This document shows, in pieces, positions 39,990 to 49,912 of a DNA stretch of 64,000 nucleotides. Under the pieces are notes generated by a model that saw only the letters and a list, made by a program, of their open reading frames with translations, was not told where the DNA came from and made no database searches. How positions within the stretch are numbered: the stretch's first letter is position 1; every line of letters starts with the position of its first letter. The position numbers were made by a program, and so were the translations under genes. Source of the stretch: a virus; IMG/VR virus record IMGVR_UViG_3300020420_000008, positions 82,610 through 146,609 of that record; one strand, given 5' to 3'.

Positions 39990-41047
39990 GAATAGCTATC
40001 ATTAATGACACTCACTGGGGTGCTAGAAATGATTCACAACAATTCTTAGATTATTTCAAAAAGTTTATAGATAATATATTTCTACCTTACATAGATGAAA
40101 ACAAAATAGATACTGTCATACATCTTGGTGATATCGTAGATAGACGTAAGTACATAAACTATGTCACACTTAGACATCTAAAAGATAATCTGATACAGCC
40201 GTTGTTAGATAGAAAAGTGAACCTAAATGTTATCATTGGTAATCATGATGTACCCTACAAGAATACTAATGAAATAAACTCTATGGCAGAATTGTTCGAT
40301 AAGCATAGTGTAAAATATTATTCAGAACCTGAAGTCGTAACATTTGATGGTACTGATATACTACTTGTGCCTTGGATAAACACATCTAATTATGCGAACT
40401 CTATGGATATGATAAAGAATACAAAAGCACAGATTTGTATGGGACATCTAGAGATAGCAGGTTGTACTCTCATGAGAGGTATAACTTCCGATCATGGTAT
40501 TAGTATAGATACTTTCAAACATTTTGACACAGTACTTTCAGGACACTTTCATACAAAATCTACAAGTAATAATGTGCATTATCTTGGTACACAATATGAA
40601 CTGACTTGGACAGATTACCAAGATCCTAAAGGCTTTCATGTGTTTGACACAAACACTAGAGAGATAGAGATGGTACGAAATCCATATCGTATGTTTCATA
40701 AAGTATTCTATGATGATGTAAAGAATACTTCAGAAGAGATACTACACAAAGATTACTCCATGTTTGGTAACACATATGTCAAAGTGATTACACAAGAAAA
40801 AGAAAATCCATATACATTTGATTTGTTCATGGACAAACTCTATCAAGAAAATCCTATCGCAGTACAGATTGTAGATGATCACTTGAACTTACATTTAGAA
40901 GGTGATGACGATTTAATCAATCAAACTCAAGATACTGTGACTATATTATCTAACTACATTGAGAACATGGAGACTAATGTACCAAAGAAAAGACTCGACA
41001 ACTTAATGAGAACCTTGTATAATGAAGCTTTATATATGGAAGTGTAA
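39986..41047 (+). CDS. gp47: recombination endonuclease subunit gp47 (SbcD/Mre11-like)
   Basis: DTHWG, LGDIVD, GNHD, GHLE and SGHFH phosphoesterase motifs. Confidence 0.95.
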   Translation: MRIAIINDTHWGARNDSQQFLDYFKKFIDNIFLPYIDENKIDTVIHLGDIVDRRKYINYVTLRHLKDNLIQPLLDRKVNLNVIIGNHDVPYKNTNEINSMAELFDKHSVKYYSEPEVVTFDGTDILLVPWINTSNYANSMDMIKNTKAQICMGHLEIAGCTLMRGITSDHGISIDTFKHFDTVLSGHFHTKSTSNNVHYLGTQYELTWTDYQDPKGFHVFDTNTREIEMVRNPYRMFHKVFYDDVKNTSEEILHKDYSMFGNTYVKVITQEKENPYTFDLFMDKLYQENPIAVQIVDDHLNLHLEGDDDLINQTQDTVTILSNYIENMETNVPKKRLDNLMRTLYNEALYMEV

Positions 41048-42759
41048 TGATATACTTTGAAAATATTCGATGGAAGAACTTTCTATCAACAGGTAATCAA
41101 TGGACAAACATACCTTTAAACACACACTCAAATACAATTATAGTAGGTGAGAATGGTGCTGGTAAGTCAACGATACTTGATGCACTATGTTTTGTACTGT
41201 TTAACAAACCTTTTCGTAAAATAAGTAAATCGCAAATGTTAAACTCAATCAACATGGGCGGACTTGAAGTAGAAGTAAAATTTAGAATTGGTAAGATGAA
41301 CTATACTATACGTAGAGGTATGAAACCAAATATATTTGAAATACATCAAGACAGCACTTTACTCAATCAACCAGGTTCAGCTAGAGATTATCAGAAGCAA
41401 CTAGAAGAAACTATACTTAAACTAAACTTTAAATCTTTCACACAGATAGTTGTTCTTGGTGCATCTACATTTATACCTTTCATGCAACTGTCTGTGTCGC
41501 ATAGACGAGAGGTGATAGAAGATTTATTAGATATTAGTATATTCTCTAATATGGGTAAACTATTGAAAGATAGAGTTGCAGAGAACAAAGAATCTATACG
41601 TGACTCAGACTACCAGATAGATTTACTTAAAACAAAAATAGATACACAACAATCCTACATTCGAAAACTAAAAGAGCAGAATGATGATACAATAGCTACA
41701 TTTCAAAACTTGATAGATGGTGCCCAAGATGAAATCAATGACTTAACACAACTATCAAATGGTATAGTTGAGAAGATAGAGTTTCTATCAGAAGATGTTG
41801 CACCTCTCAAAGTCAATGAAAATAAGAAAGCTAAACTTATCGACATTCACAATAGAATGCAAAGAAAGATAAAGAATGCGGAGAAGAGAATAGCTTTCTT
41901 CAATGATAATGCGGAGTGTCCTACTTGTTCTCAAGATATCAGTGATGATATTCGTGATAGTAAAATATCAGAAACAAATGCTACCATAGTAGAAGTAAAA
42001 GCTGGTGAAGGCGAGTTGCAAAAACAATTATCTGAACTCGATGGTAAAATAAATGATATGTTATCAGCACAACAAAGATTGGTAGGATTACAAACAGAGA
42101 TTGCTGAAAACAATTCTAGTATAAAATCTCTGAATAAATCTATACAGAAAAACCAGAAAGAAATAGAGAAGATAAAAGATACTGGTGTCGATAGTGCTGA
42201 AACATATGAGAAACTTAAACTTTATGAAGACGATAAGAGACTCAACGAACAGAGAAAAGAAGAGTTAGTTAATGATAGAGAACTATTCAGTGTAGCAGTA
42301 AATATGCTCAAAGATGATGGTATCAAAAAGAAAATCATCAAACAGTATGTGCCAGTTATGAACAAACTTATCAACAAATATTTGGCTGCCTTAGATTTCT
42401 TTGTACTGTTCGAACTAGATGAACAGTTCAATGAAGTTATTAAGAGTAGACATAGAGATGAGTTTTCGTATGCATCATTCTCGGAAGGTGAGAAAATGAG
42501 AATAGACTTAGCATTACTATTCACATGGCGTTCTATAGCAAAACTCAAAAACTCTATCAATACAAATCTACTAATACTTGATGAAGTATTCGATGCATCT
42601 CTAGATAATAATGGTTGTGATGAATTTCTAAAACTATTGAACCAGCTAGATAACCAGACAAATGTATTTGTAATATCTCATAAAGGTGATATACTATCTG
42701 AGAAGTTTAAGAATCAGATACGATTTGAGAAATATAAAAACTTTAGTAGGGTGGCATAA
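41047..42759 (+). CDS. gp46: recombination ATPase gp46 (SbcC/Rad50-like)
   Basis: GENGAGKST, CPTC hook, FSEGEK, LILDEVFD. Confidence 0.96.
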   Translation: MIYFENIRWKNFLSTGNQWTNIPLNTHSNTIIVGENGAGKSTILDALCFVLFNKPFRKISKSQMLNSINMGGLEVEVKFRIGKMNYTIRRGMKPNIFEIHQDSTLLNQPGSARDYQKQLEETILKLNFKSFTQIVVLGASTFIPFMQLSVSHRREVIEDLLDISIFSNMGKLLKDRVAENKESIRDSDYQIDLLKTKIDTQQSYIRKLKEQNDDTIATFQNLIDGAQDEINDLTQLSNGIVEKIEFLSEDVAPLKVNENKKAKLIDIHNRMQRKIKNAEKRIAFFNDNAECPTCSQDISDDIRDSKISETNATIVEVKAGEGELQKQLSELDGKINDMLSAQQRLVGLQTEIAENNSSIKSLNKSIQKNQKEIEKIKDTGVDSAETYEKLKLYEDDKRLNEQRKEELVNDRELFSVAVNMLKDDGIKKKIIKQYVPVMNKLINKYLAALDFFVLFELDEQFNEVIKSRHRDEFSYASFSEGEKMRIDLALLFTWRSIAKLKNSINTNLLILDEVFDASLDNNGCDEFLKLLNQLDNQTNVFVISHKGDILSEKFKNQIRFEKYKNFSRVA

Positions 42760-43289
42760 TGGGCAAGCGAAGTGATTTTGAAAGAAAAGAGAGAGATTTC
42801 TATCCTACACCAGAAGAGGCAGTTTTACCTTTATTACCTCACATAGAGAACGCTTTTAAATTTATAGAACCTTGTGCTGGTGATGGTTCATTGACAAGAC
42901 ATCTAATGAAATATAAAGATCCTTGGTGTGTACTACAATCTGATATAGAACCGAAACATGGTGTACGTGAGGGCGATGCATTTGATATAGAAGCAGACTT
43001 GTATTCTCATGTGGATTATTGTATTACTAACCCACCTTGGGATAGAAAGATACTACACCCACTAATAGAAAAATTAACAAGCATAGCACCAACTTGGCTA
43101 CTATTTGATGCTGATTGGATACACACGAAACAAAGCAAACCTTATTTAAAACATTTAAAAAAAGTAGTGAGTGTTGGTAGAGTTAAATGGATACCAGGAA
43201 CAAAGTCAGTGGGTAAAGATAATTGTTGCTGGTACTTTTTCACACCTGCATATGAATATGGTATAATAGAATTTTATGGAAGAGAATAA
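42759..43289 (+). CDS. small SAM-dependent amino DNA methyltransferase (N6-A/N4-C type)
   Basis: DFYPTP (motif X), IEPCAGDG (motif I), ITNPPW (motif IV); only 176 aa. Confidence 0.85.
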   Translation: MGKRSDFERKERDFYPTPEEAVLPLLPHIENAFKFIEPCAGDGSLTRHLMKYKDPWCVLQSDIEPKHGVREGDAFDIEADLYSHVDYCITNPPWDRKILHPLIEKLTSIAPTWLLFDADWIHTKQSKPYLKHLKKVVSVGRVKWIPGTKSVGKDNCCWYFFTPAYEYGIIEFYGRE

Positions 43290-43290
43290 A

Positions 43291-43497
43291 ATGTGGAATG
43301 TGCCAAATATATTAAAATTTAAAAAACCTGAAGTAGAATCTAAAGAAATAGAAATAAAAGAAGTAGATACTAGAGTAAACATACACACACTCTACAAACA
43401 TAGATGGGTTTGGTATCATTTGATATTATGTATACAAGTGATCTTGACAAACATACTTTTAGTTGGTATACTAGTAACATTAGCAATAAAATTATGA
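43291..43497 (+). CDS. small membrane protein
   Basis: C-terminal hydrophobic segment; start at 43276 or 43291. Confidence 0.6.
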   Translation: MWNVPNILKFKKPEVESKEIEIKEVDTRVNIHTLYKHRWVWYHLILCIQVILTNILLVGILVTLAIKL

Positions 43498-43503
43498 GAG
43501 ACA

Positions 43504-44811
43504 ATGACTAATAGAGATTTATACAGACTCAACGAACAAGAACATAAAGATAAAGATATATCAAGGATATACAAAACTTGGACAGAGAGTGAAGATTTAG
43601 ATTCTATACCTGATATAGACTCTAAGCAATTATCAGAAGATTTAACAAGCGACTTAACAGAAGTATGTTCTATGAACGTATCAGAATATACTCTATTTAA
43701 AAAATGGCTTGAGATACAAGGTAAATATCCTACAGAGAAAAGAAACACATTATTTGATGGTGTGCAACGAGTTTTACTAGATGATAGTCAGTCTAGAACT
43801 ATATCTAGAATTAGAAGTCAAATCTGGAAACCAGAGAGTGTTGACGATTATATGAAACTAGAACCTGAAATGGTTTTATGTAATAAGAATCCTGATGAAA
43901 TTGCTCAATATAATACTCTAAGATCCTTTATCAGCACTGCCGAAAATAATAATAATGTTGGTAGAAATCTATACTACTATATTATAGATAAAGTTACAAA
44001 AAAATATCTAGGCACAATCTGTATGTCTTCTGATTATCTAGATTTAACACCAAGAGATAATTATATTGGTTGGACTAGAGAAAAGAAAACCGAAGATAAG
44101 ATGATAAACTATACTACAGTTGGCTCTACAATTGTACCAACACAACCTCTAGGTTTTAATTATGTTGGTGGTAAGTTGCTTGCTCTATTATGTTTATCTG
44201 ATACAGTACAGAAAGATTGGAAAGAACAGTATGGTGATACATTAGTATCTGTAACTACAACATCACTATATGGAAAAGCAAAAGTTGGTGGTATGTCACA
44301 ATATGATAATCTCAAACATTGGAAGAAGATGGGATATTCACAAGGTTCTGTAGCGTATAAACCAAAGAAAGAAACAACGAAACGATTACGTGACTGGTTA
44401 AAAAAGTATTATTCTGAAAAATACTTTGAATGGTATGTTGCACTCAAACCTAGTGGACAACCATACAAACGTGATCACAAGAATCGTTCACACCAATTCG
44501 CATTCTCAAAGTTAGGTATAGATAAGTCTATAGTAAGATCCGAACATCAAAGAGGTATCTACTATTCACCACTATACACAAACACTTGTGAGTTTTTGCG
44601 AGGCGAGATTTCAGAGGACAAACTTGTCAAATCTTTTGATACAAGTACAGAGTATCTAGTCAATCTCTGGAAGGACAAGTATGCACGAAAGCGAATAACC
44701 TCTCTCATAAACAGTGATCGTGTGTCCTCTGAAACTTTATTCTATGACGATTTAGCTTATCTTGATTGGGAAGATTGTAAAGAAAAGTACTTGACTCAAG
44801 TAGGTAGATAA
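43504..44811 (+). CDS. DUF4338 / DruA-like protein
   Basis: VGRNLYY.I.D..T.KYLG...L..RD.YIGW...P.GFNYVGGKLLALL...TTTSLYG...SQY motif series recalled for DUF4338. Confidence 0.7.
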   Translation: MTNRDLYRLNEQEHKDKDISRIYKTWTESEDLDSIPDIDSKQLSEDLTSDLTEVCSMNVSEYTLFKKWLEIQGKYPTEKRNTLFDGVQRVLLDDSQSRTISRIRSQIWKPESVDDYMKLEPEMVLCNKNPDEIAQYNTLRSFISTAENNNNVGRNLYYYIIDKVTKKYLGTICMSSDYLDLTPRDNYIGWTREKKTEDKMINYTTVGSTIVPTQPLGFNYVGGKLLALLCLSDTVQKDWKEQYGDTLVSVTTTSLYGKAKVGGMSQYDNLKHWKKMGYSQGSVAYKPKKETTKRLRDWLKKYYSEKYFEWYVALKPSGQPYKRDHKNRSHQFAFSKLGIDKSIVRSEHQRGIYYSPLYTNTCEFLRGEISEDKLVKSFDTSTEYLVNLWKDKYARKRITSLINSDRVSSETLFYDDLAYLDWEDCKEKYLTQVGR

Positions 44812-44820
44812 TGCTATTAT
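44791..44820 (+). promoter_or_regulatory. sigma70-type promoter TTGACT-N18-TATTAT
   Basis: -35 at 44791-44796; TGc-TATTAT at 44815-44820. Confidence 0.6.
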
Positions 44821-44852
44821 AGAATCATCAAATTAAAGAGAGGTATTATATT

Positions 44853-46256
44853 ATGGACGTATGCGAAAGGCTAGAAAGCCCTCTCAGGGAAGTTATGCTT
44901 TTACCTGATTTTATAGAGAAGGCTGGATTATTAACAACACAAACAATGGTAGCAGATTACTCTCACCAAGCTAATAGAAAAACTAGGTGGAGTGAAGAGA
45001 TGATGAGTATGTTTTTTCGTTCATCTGTTCTTAATCAACTTCCAGCACCTATAGTTATTGTAGATTTAGAGAAGTGTTTAGAACATGCTAACGAGACAAA
45101 TAATCAATCGGATATTGTGTACTTTACATTATGGTTTATTCAAAATGGTGCAAAATATTTAATATTAGATGGTAACAATAGAATTATGGTTACAAAAAAA
45201 ATATTAAATGATGAAGTAAAGTTACCAACAGATATTCCTTTACATACAGGACCTGATGGTAAACTAGTACAAACATCAAATATAAAGTTAGGTGCTACTT
45301 TTTCTACATTAGATAAAGCTTTAAGAGATTCTTTTGATACTAGTGAAGTAGAAGTTCATGTATACACAAAATTAACAGAAGTAAAAATGGGCTTAGTTTT
45401 TCAAATCTATAATTTAGGTTCACCATTAATTGATCCTGAATTTAGAAATTCTTTCGGCGGACTCATTGTTAAAGCTTATAGAGATTTAGCAGATAAATGG
45501 GAAAATTTGTTTGAAAAATTAGATATGACATCTACAAATATTAATAGAAGATCGATTGAGCAGTGGATGGCGTATGCTTTCAATATCTGGTTTCATGACA
45601 TTAAAAAACCTTGTACTAAAAAGGTTTTAGATAATCTAAGTTTACCAAATCAAAAATCTACTGAACTAGAAATTATTGGTTTTGAAAAAGCTATGAATAC
45701 TTTTTTGAAAATTGTTGATACTAGTAAAATTGTTGGTTTACAAAAAAGTAATGCAGTTTTAGATGCTTGGGCAATATATGTTCAGCAAACTAGAACTGAA
45801 AATAAAGTATTTAAAAATGACGAAACTATTTTAAAGTTTACAACAGATGTTGCTGACAGTATCTATCATCTATTAGAATTAAAAGGTGATGATGGTAAAG
45901 CTAAAACATATGAAACAGGTAAAGATGTTTTTAAAACTTTCAAAACCTTACTAGGTAACAAAACTGCTAGTAATAATAATGAAAGAAATAAGTTAATCTT
46001 AGAACAGTTAGTTGACTTAGATAAATATTTTGTACCTAAAACTAAAAGAGTTGCATCAGACTTAGATGCATCAATTGTCGCCAATAGTCAAAATTGGAAA
46101 ACTAAAGATGGTACTCCTATCCCATATGATCAACTTAAAAAATTTCACAAGGGACATATAGTACCTTTTTCAAAGAGCAAAGATTCTTCTAAAGAAAACC
46201 TTATAATACAAACACCTGAAGAAAATTTAAAGCTAGGTGCAAAAGAAGCAATTTAA
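44853..46256 (+). CDS. DUF262/ParB-like + C-terminal HNH nuclease (GmrSD-like)
   Basis: N-terminal RW...P.I...YLILDGNNR...F...N.G.PL...EFRN; C-terminal GHIVPFSK...ENL...EEN. Confidence 0.72.
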   Translation: MDVCERLESPLREVMLLPDFIEKAGLLTTQTMVADYSHQANRKTRWSEEMMSMFFRSSVLNQLPAPIVIVDLEKCLEHANETNNQSDIVYFTLWFIQNGAKYLILDGNNRIMVTKKILNDEVKLPTDIPLHTGPDGKLVQTSNIKLGATFSTLDKALRDSFDTSEVEVHVYTKLTEVKMGLVFQIYNLGSPLIDPEFRNSFGGLIVKAYRDLADKWENLFEKLDMTSTNINRRSIEQWMAYAFNIWFHDIKKPCTKKVLDNLSLPNQKSTELEIIGFEKAMNTFLKIVDTSKIVGLQKSNAVLDAWAIYVQQTRTENKVFKNDETILKFTTDVADSIYHLLELKGDDGKAKTYETGKDVFKTFKTLLGNKTASNNNERNKLILEQLVDLDKYFVPKTKRVASDLDASIVANSQNWKTKDGTPIPYDQLKKFHKGHIVPFSKSKDSSKENLIIQTPEENLKLGAKEAI

Positions 46257-46259
46257 AGG

Positions 46260-46288
46260 TTGACATTCATATCGTTTTGAGTCATACT
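46260..46288 (+). promoter_or_regulatory. sigma70-type promoter TTGACA-N17-CATACT
   Basis: Intergenic, correct spacing. Confidence 0.65.
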
Positions 46289-46317
46289 GTAAGAGTAATA
46301 AGAGAGAGTGATTCGTA

Positions 46318-48570
46318 ATGACATTAAATATTCAATCAAAAGAAGTTCTTGCACGGCTACTCGCCACTGAGAACATTACTGTTGAGCATCAAAATGTTTC
46401 TACTGCGAGTTTCAATGTAAAAGATCGAGTTCTAATATTGCCTATGTGGGACGATATGCAGAACTTCACATATGATCATTTAGTTGGACATGAAGTAGGA
46501 CATGCTTTATTCACTGATGCTGACGAATGGGCTTCAGCTATCGAAAAGCACGGCAAGAACTTCAAAGGTTTTCTAAACATCGTAGAAGATGCTAGAATAG
46601 AAAAGAAAATCCAGAGAACATATCCTGGTTTGAAAAGATCCTTCATTCAATCATACAAGAAAATGTTGAGTGAGGGTTTTTTCGGTAGAGATGAAACAGA
46701 AATCAATACTTTCGAACTTATTGATAGACTCAATGTTTACTTCAAGTGCGGTATGTCAACTGGTACAAAATTTGCTGATGATGAAAAGAAGTGGTTAGAC
46801 ATTATCGCTAAGATAGAAACTCAAGATGAAGCTTACAAAGTTGCTCTTGAGTTATTTGAGTTAGCAAAAGAGAAAAAAGAAAAAGAGCAACAGGCTCAAA
46901 AAGAGTCAGAAGAGGAGATGCAAGAAGATGGAGAAGATGATGATAATTTCAGCTTTGCTGACGGTGACATGGATTATGACGATTATGATATCGATGAAGA
47001 TGGAGACGATAGTTCTGAAGATGGCTCTAGCGAAGGCGAAAGCGAAGACTCAGATTTAGAAGAAACTGAAGAAGAACTAAAAGGTTCTGGTGAGAAGAGC
47101 GACTCTGAAGATAAAGAAGAAGAAGTAGAAACACCAGTTCAACAAGTTTCACATTCAAAAGTCGGTGGTGAGTCACCTGAGCCTCTAAATCCTAATCTAC
47201 CTATTGCAGAAACTGACGCTTTGTTAGAAGATAACATAAAGTCTTTAAGTCCTACAAATGGTAAAGCAGTTATCAATGTGACACTTGATATGAACTTAAA
47301 GACATATCAAGATAGAATTTTTAGTTACAAGAAAATACTTTCTGATAAAGATACTGGCGGTGCGATACATGCTGGTTCTGGTATGTACAAAGATTTTCAA
47401 GTCAACAATAAAAAAGCTATCAACTACATGGTAAAAGAATTTGAAATGAAGAAAAAAGCTTCTGAGTATAAGAGAGCAACAGTTTCTAAAACTGGTGTTC
47501 TTGATACACTCAAGATGAACAACTACAAATTCTCTGATGATATCTTCAAGAAAATGACAATCGTTCCTGATGGTAAAAATCACGGACTAGTAATGTTCAT
47601 AGATTGGAGTGGTTCTATGGCAAGCAATCTTTCTAACACTGTTGATCAGTTGATTAATTTAGTTAGCTTTTGCCGACAAGTTCAGATACCTTTTCAAGTT
47701 TATGCTTTCAGCGATAACAGTACACTAGCTTATGATATGTTTGGTAATAGAGAAGCTAAAGAAAAAATGAGAGTCAATACAAAAGGTTATACTACTCTAC
47801 AAGATGATTTTCACCTACTTGAGTTCTTCAACAATAAAATGTCAAGAACTGAGTTTCAGAAAATGTGTGCTTTTGTACTAGCAGTTGGTAAGTATTGGGA
47901 AAATAGATACAGACTCGATAGTAAGTATGGCGAATATTGGGTTCCAAGAAAGTTCTGGTTGTCAGGTACTCCTTTGAATGATGCAATACTTTCTGCTCAT
48001 GCAATAGTAAAAGCTTTTCAAAAGACTAATAGAATTGACATAGTGAATACAGTATTCCTAACTGACGGTGCTAGTAACTATTCTTACTACAATAGAGATT
48101 ATGCTACTAGAGCAAACATTGCACCATGGAATGAGACTTGGATATTCACGAATGAAGTTACTAAAAAGTCTTTACGATTAACTCAAAGCGGTACAAATAG
48201 ACTTGGTATCAATACAACTCCGACACTTCTAAAGTCTCTAGCTGACTACACAAATTCGAATGTGATTGGATTTCACATTCTACCTAAAAACAAGAGAACT
48301 GCACTAAATGATATGGGACACGATTTAAAGCACCACCAAAAAGAGAGTATGTGGGCTAGATTACTTCACGATTCATTTGTAGTGAATACCACAAATGGTT
48401 ATACTAAGCAGTTTCTAGTTCAAAGTTCAAAGCTTGCAACATCTAATGGTGCTATCGAAGTTGACGATGGTGCTACAAAAGGAAAGATTAGACAAGCTTT
48501 CAAAAAAGCTACTACTGGTTCTAGAACTAGTCGAGTGATGTTATCACAATTTATTGAATTAGTAGCTTGA
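46318..48570 (+). CDS. CobT-like metallopeptidase/vWA protein
   Basis: LARLLATENI, HEVGH, NIVEDARIEK, acidic linker, DWSGSM MIDAS, FLTDG. Confidence 0.88.
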   Translation: MTLNIQSKEVLARLLATENITVEHQNVSTASFNVKDRVLILPMWDDMQNFTYDHLVGHEVGHALFTDADEWASAIEKHGKNFKGFLNIVEDARIEKKIQRTYPGLKRSFIQSYKKMLSEGFFGRDETEINTFELIDRLNVYFKCGMSTGTKFADDEKKWLDIIAKIETQDEAYKVALELFELAKEKKEKEQQAQKESEEEMQEDGEDDDNFSFADGDMDYDDYDIDEDGDDSSEDGSSEGESEDSDLEETEEELKGSGEKSDSEDKEEEVETPVQQVSHSKVGGESPEPLNPNLPIAETDALLEDNIKSLSPTNGKAVINVTLDMNLKTYQDRIFSYKKILSDKDTGGAIHAGSGMYKDFQVNNKKAINYMVKEFEMKKKASEYKRATVSKTGVLDTLKMNNYKFSDDIFKKMTIVPDGKNHGLVMFIDWSGSMASNLSNTVDQLINLVSFCRQVQIPFQVYAFSDNSTLAYDMFGNREAKEKMRVNTKGYTTLQDDFHLLEFFNNKMSRTEFQKMCAFVLAVGKYWENRYRLDSKYGEYWVPRKFWLSGTPLNDAILSAHAIVKAFQKTNRIDIVNTVFLTDGASNYSYYNRDYATRANIAPWNETWIFTNEVTKKSLRLTQSGTNRLGINTTPTLLKSLADYTNSNVIGFHILPKNKRTALNDMGHDLKHHQKESMWARLLHDSFVVNTTNGYTKQFLVQSSKLATSNGAIEVDDGATKGKIRQAFKKATTGSRTSRVMLSQFIELVA

Positions 48571-48594
48571 CAAACCCACCAGGTTTGCTATCCT
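48567..48594 (+). promoter_or_regulatory. sigma70-type promoter TTGACA-N16-TATCCT
   Basis: -35 overlaps the upstream stop codon; -10 preceded by TG. Confidence 0.55.
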
Positions 48595-48640
48595 AATAAT
48601 GTAAGTGATTCGTTTGATAATTAAATAGAGAGGTTATATT

Positions 48641-49819
48641 ATGTATTTATCACCACGTAAAAAGCTTTTTGTCGATACCGCCACCAGCAAGTTTGGTGTC
48701 GGTGCGATTTTAAATCGACAAGAAGTTCAAAGTGCCGCCGATGATGCAAACATTCCATTTCCATGGTGGTTCTGGAAAACTGCTAAAGTCGGTTACAATC
48801 AGTTTCAACTACCTTCAGTAGGTGGTCCTGAAACAGTTACTGCAACTATGACAGGTGTTGCACCTGTCGCATCTAGTGATGCACAGGTTAATTTACAACC
48901 TGCACCTAAAGTTTCTCTTTCAGTAGAGACTACTGCTTTTACAGAAAATCTAGTACCAGCAGTTGATCCTTTATTTGTTCCTTTTGGTAACTTCACCAAG
49001 ATAAAGCAGATAATATCTTCAAAGATGTTCTATCCTGTTTACGTTACTGGTTTGTCAGGTAACGGAAAAACTTTCGGTATTGAGCAAGCATGTGCCCAAG
49101 CCCGAAGAGAAGTTATTCGAATTAACTTCACTGTAGAAACTGATGAAGATGATCTTATCGGTGGTTTTAGACTCATCGATGGCGATACTAAGTTCTTCAA
49201 AGGTCCTATCATCAATGCGATGGAGAAAGGCGCAGTTGCTTTACTTGACGAGTTAGACTTAGCTAACCCTGCCAAAGTAATGTGCTTACAATCAATTCTT
49301 GAAGGCAAAGGTTACTTCATTAAAAAGACAGGTGAGTTTATCAAGCCTGCTCCTGGTTTCACCGTGATTGCTACTGCGAACACAAAAGGTAAAGGTTCTG
49401 ACGATGGTAGATTCATCGGTACTAACGTGATGAATGAAGCTTTCTTAGAAAGATTTCCTATCACTGTTGAGCAAGAGTATCCACCAGTTGCTACTGAAAA
49501 GAAAATACTTGGTAAAGTATTTACTGACTTGGGTATCTCTGACGATGGTTTTGTTGCCAAGCTTGTTGATTGGGCTGACATTATCAGAAAAACTTTCTAT
49601 GATGGTGGTGTCGATGAAATCATTTCAACCCGAAGATTAGTTCACATAGCGAAAGCTTTCTCAATCTTCAACGATAAAATGACAGCCATCGATATGTGCA
49701 TCAATCGATTTGACGAGGACACCAAGTTGTCATTCAAAGACTTGTACACCAAAATCGATGTAGAAGTTTCAGAAACACCTGACACTGCTATTGAGAATGA
49801 AGAAGAGATTCCATTCTGA
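48641..49819 (+). CDS. cobS: CobS-like MoxR AAA+ ATPase
   Basis: GLSGNGKT, ETDEDDLIGG, LLDELD, TANTKGKGSDDGRFIGTNVMNEAFLERF. Confidence 0.9.
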   Translation: MYLSPRKKLFVDTATSKFGVGAILNRQEVQSAADDANIPFPWWFWKTAKVGYNQFQLPSVGGPETVTATMTGVAPVASSDAQVNLQPAPKVSLSVETTAFTENLVPAVDPLFVPFGNFTKIKQIISSKMFYPVYVTGLSGNGKTFGIEQACAQARREVIRINFTVETDEDDLIGGFRLIDGDTKFFKGPIINAMEKGAVALLDELDLANPAKVMCLQSILEGKGYFIKKTGEFIKPAPGFTVIATANTKGKGSDDGRFIGTNVMNEAFLERFPITVEQEYPPVATEKKILGKVFTDLGISDDGFVAKLVDWADIIRKTFYDGGVDEIISTRRLVHIAKAFSIFNDKMTAIDMCINRFDEDTKLSFKDLYTKIDVEVSETPDTAIENEEEIPF

Positions 49820-49840
49820 TAAAAAAAATATATAACCTTG

Positions 49841-49871
49841 AAAAGCCTGTCTTGACAAAGATGGGCTTTTT
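49841..49871 (+). terminator. terminator hairpin overlapping a TTGACA...TATACT promoter
   Basis: AAAAGCCTGTCTT-GACA-AAGATGGGCTTTTT; TTGACA 49852-49857, TATACT 49876-49881. Confidence 0.7.
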
Positions 49872-49912
49872 AGTATATACTCATAACAATATATTATGAA
49901 AAGGAATATAAC

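Noticed and set aside
25908-42759. Introns or inteins in gp17, gp20, gp23, uvsW, gp46
   Set aside because: ORFs are continuous and of normal length, with no splice motifs seen.
43504-44811. Complete Druantia system
   Set aside because: Only a DruA-like gene is present; no DruE helicase or other Dru genes in the window.
46318-49819. Cobalamin biosynthesis role for cobT/cobS-like genes
   Set aside because: This vWA + MoxR pair is a common core feature of marine T4-like phages; no other cob genes are present.
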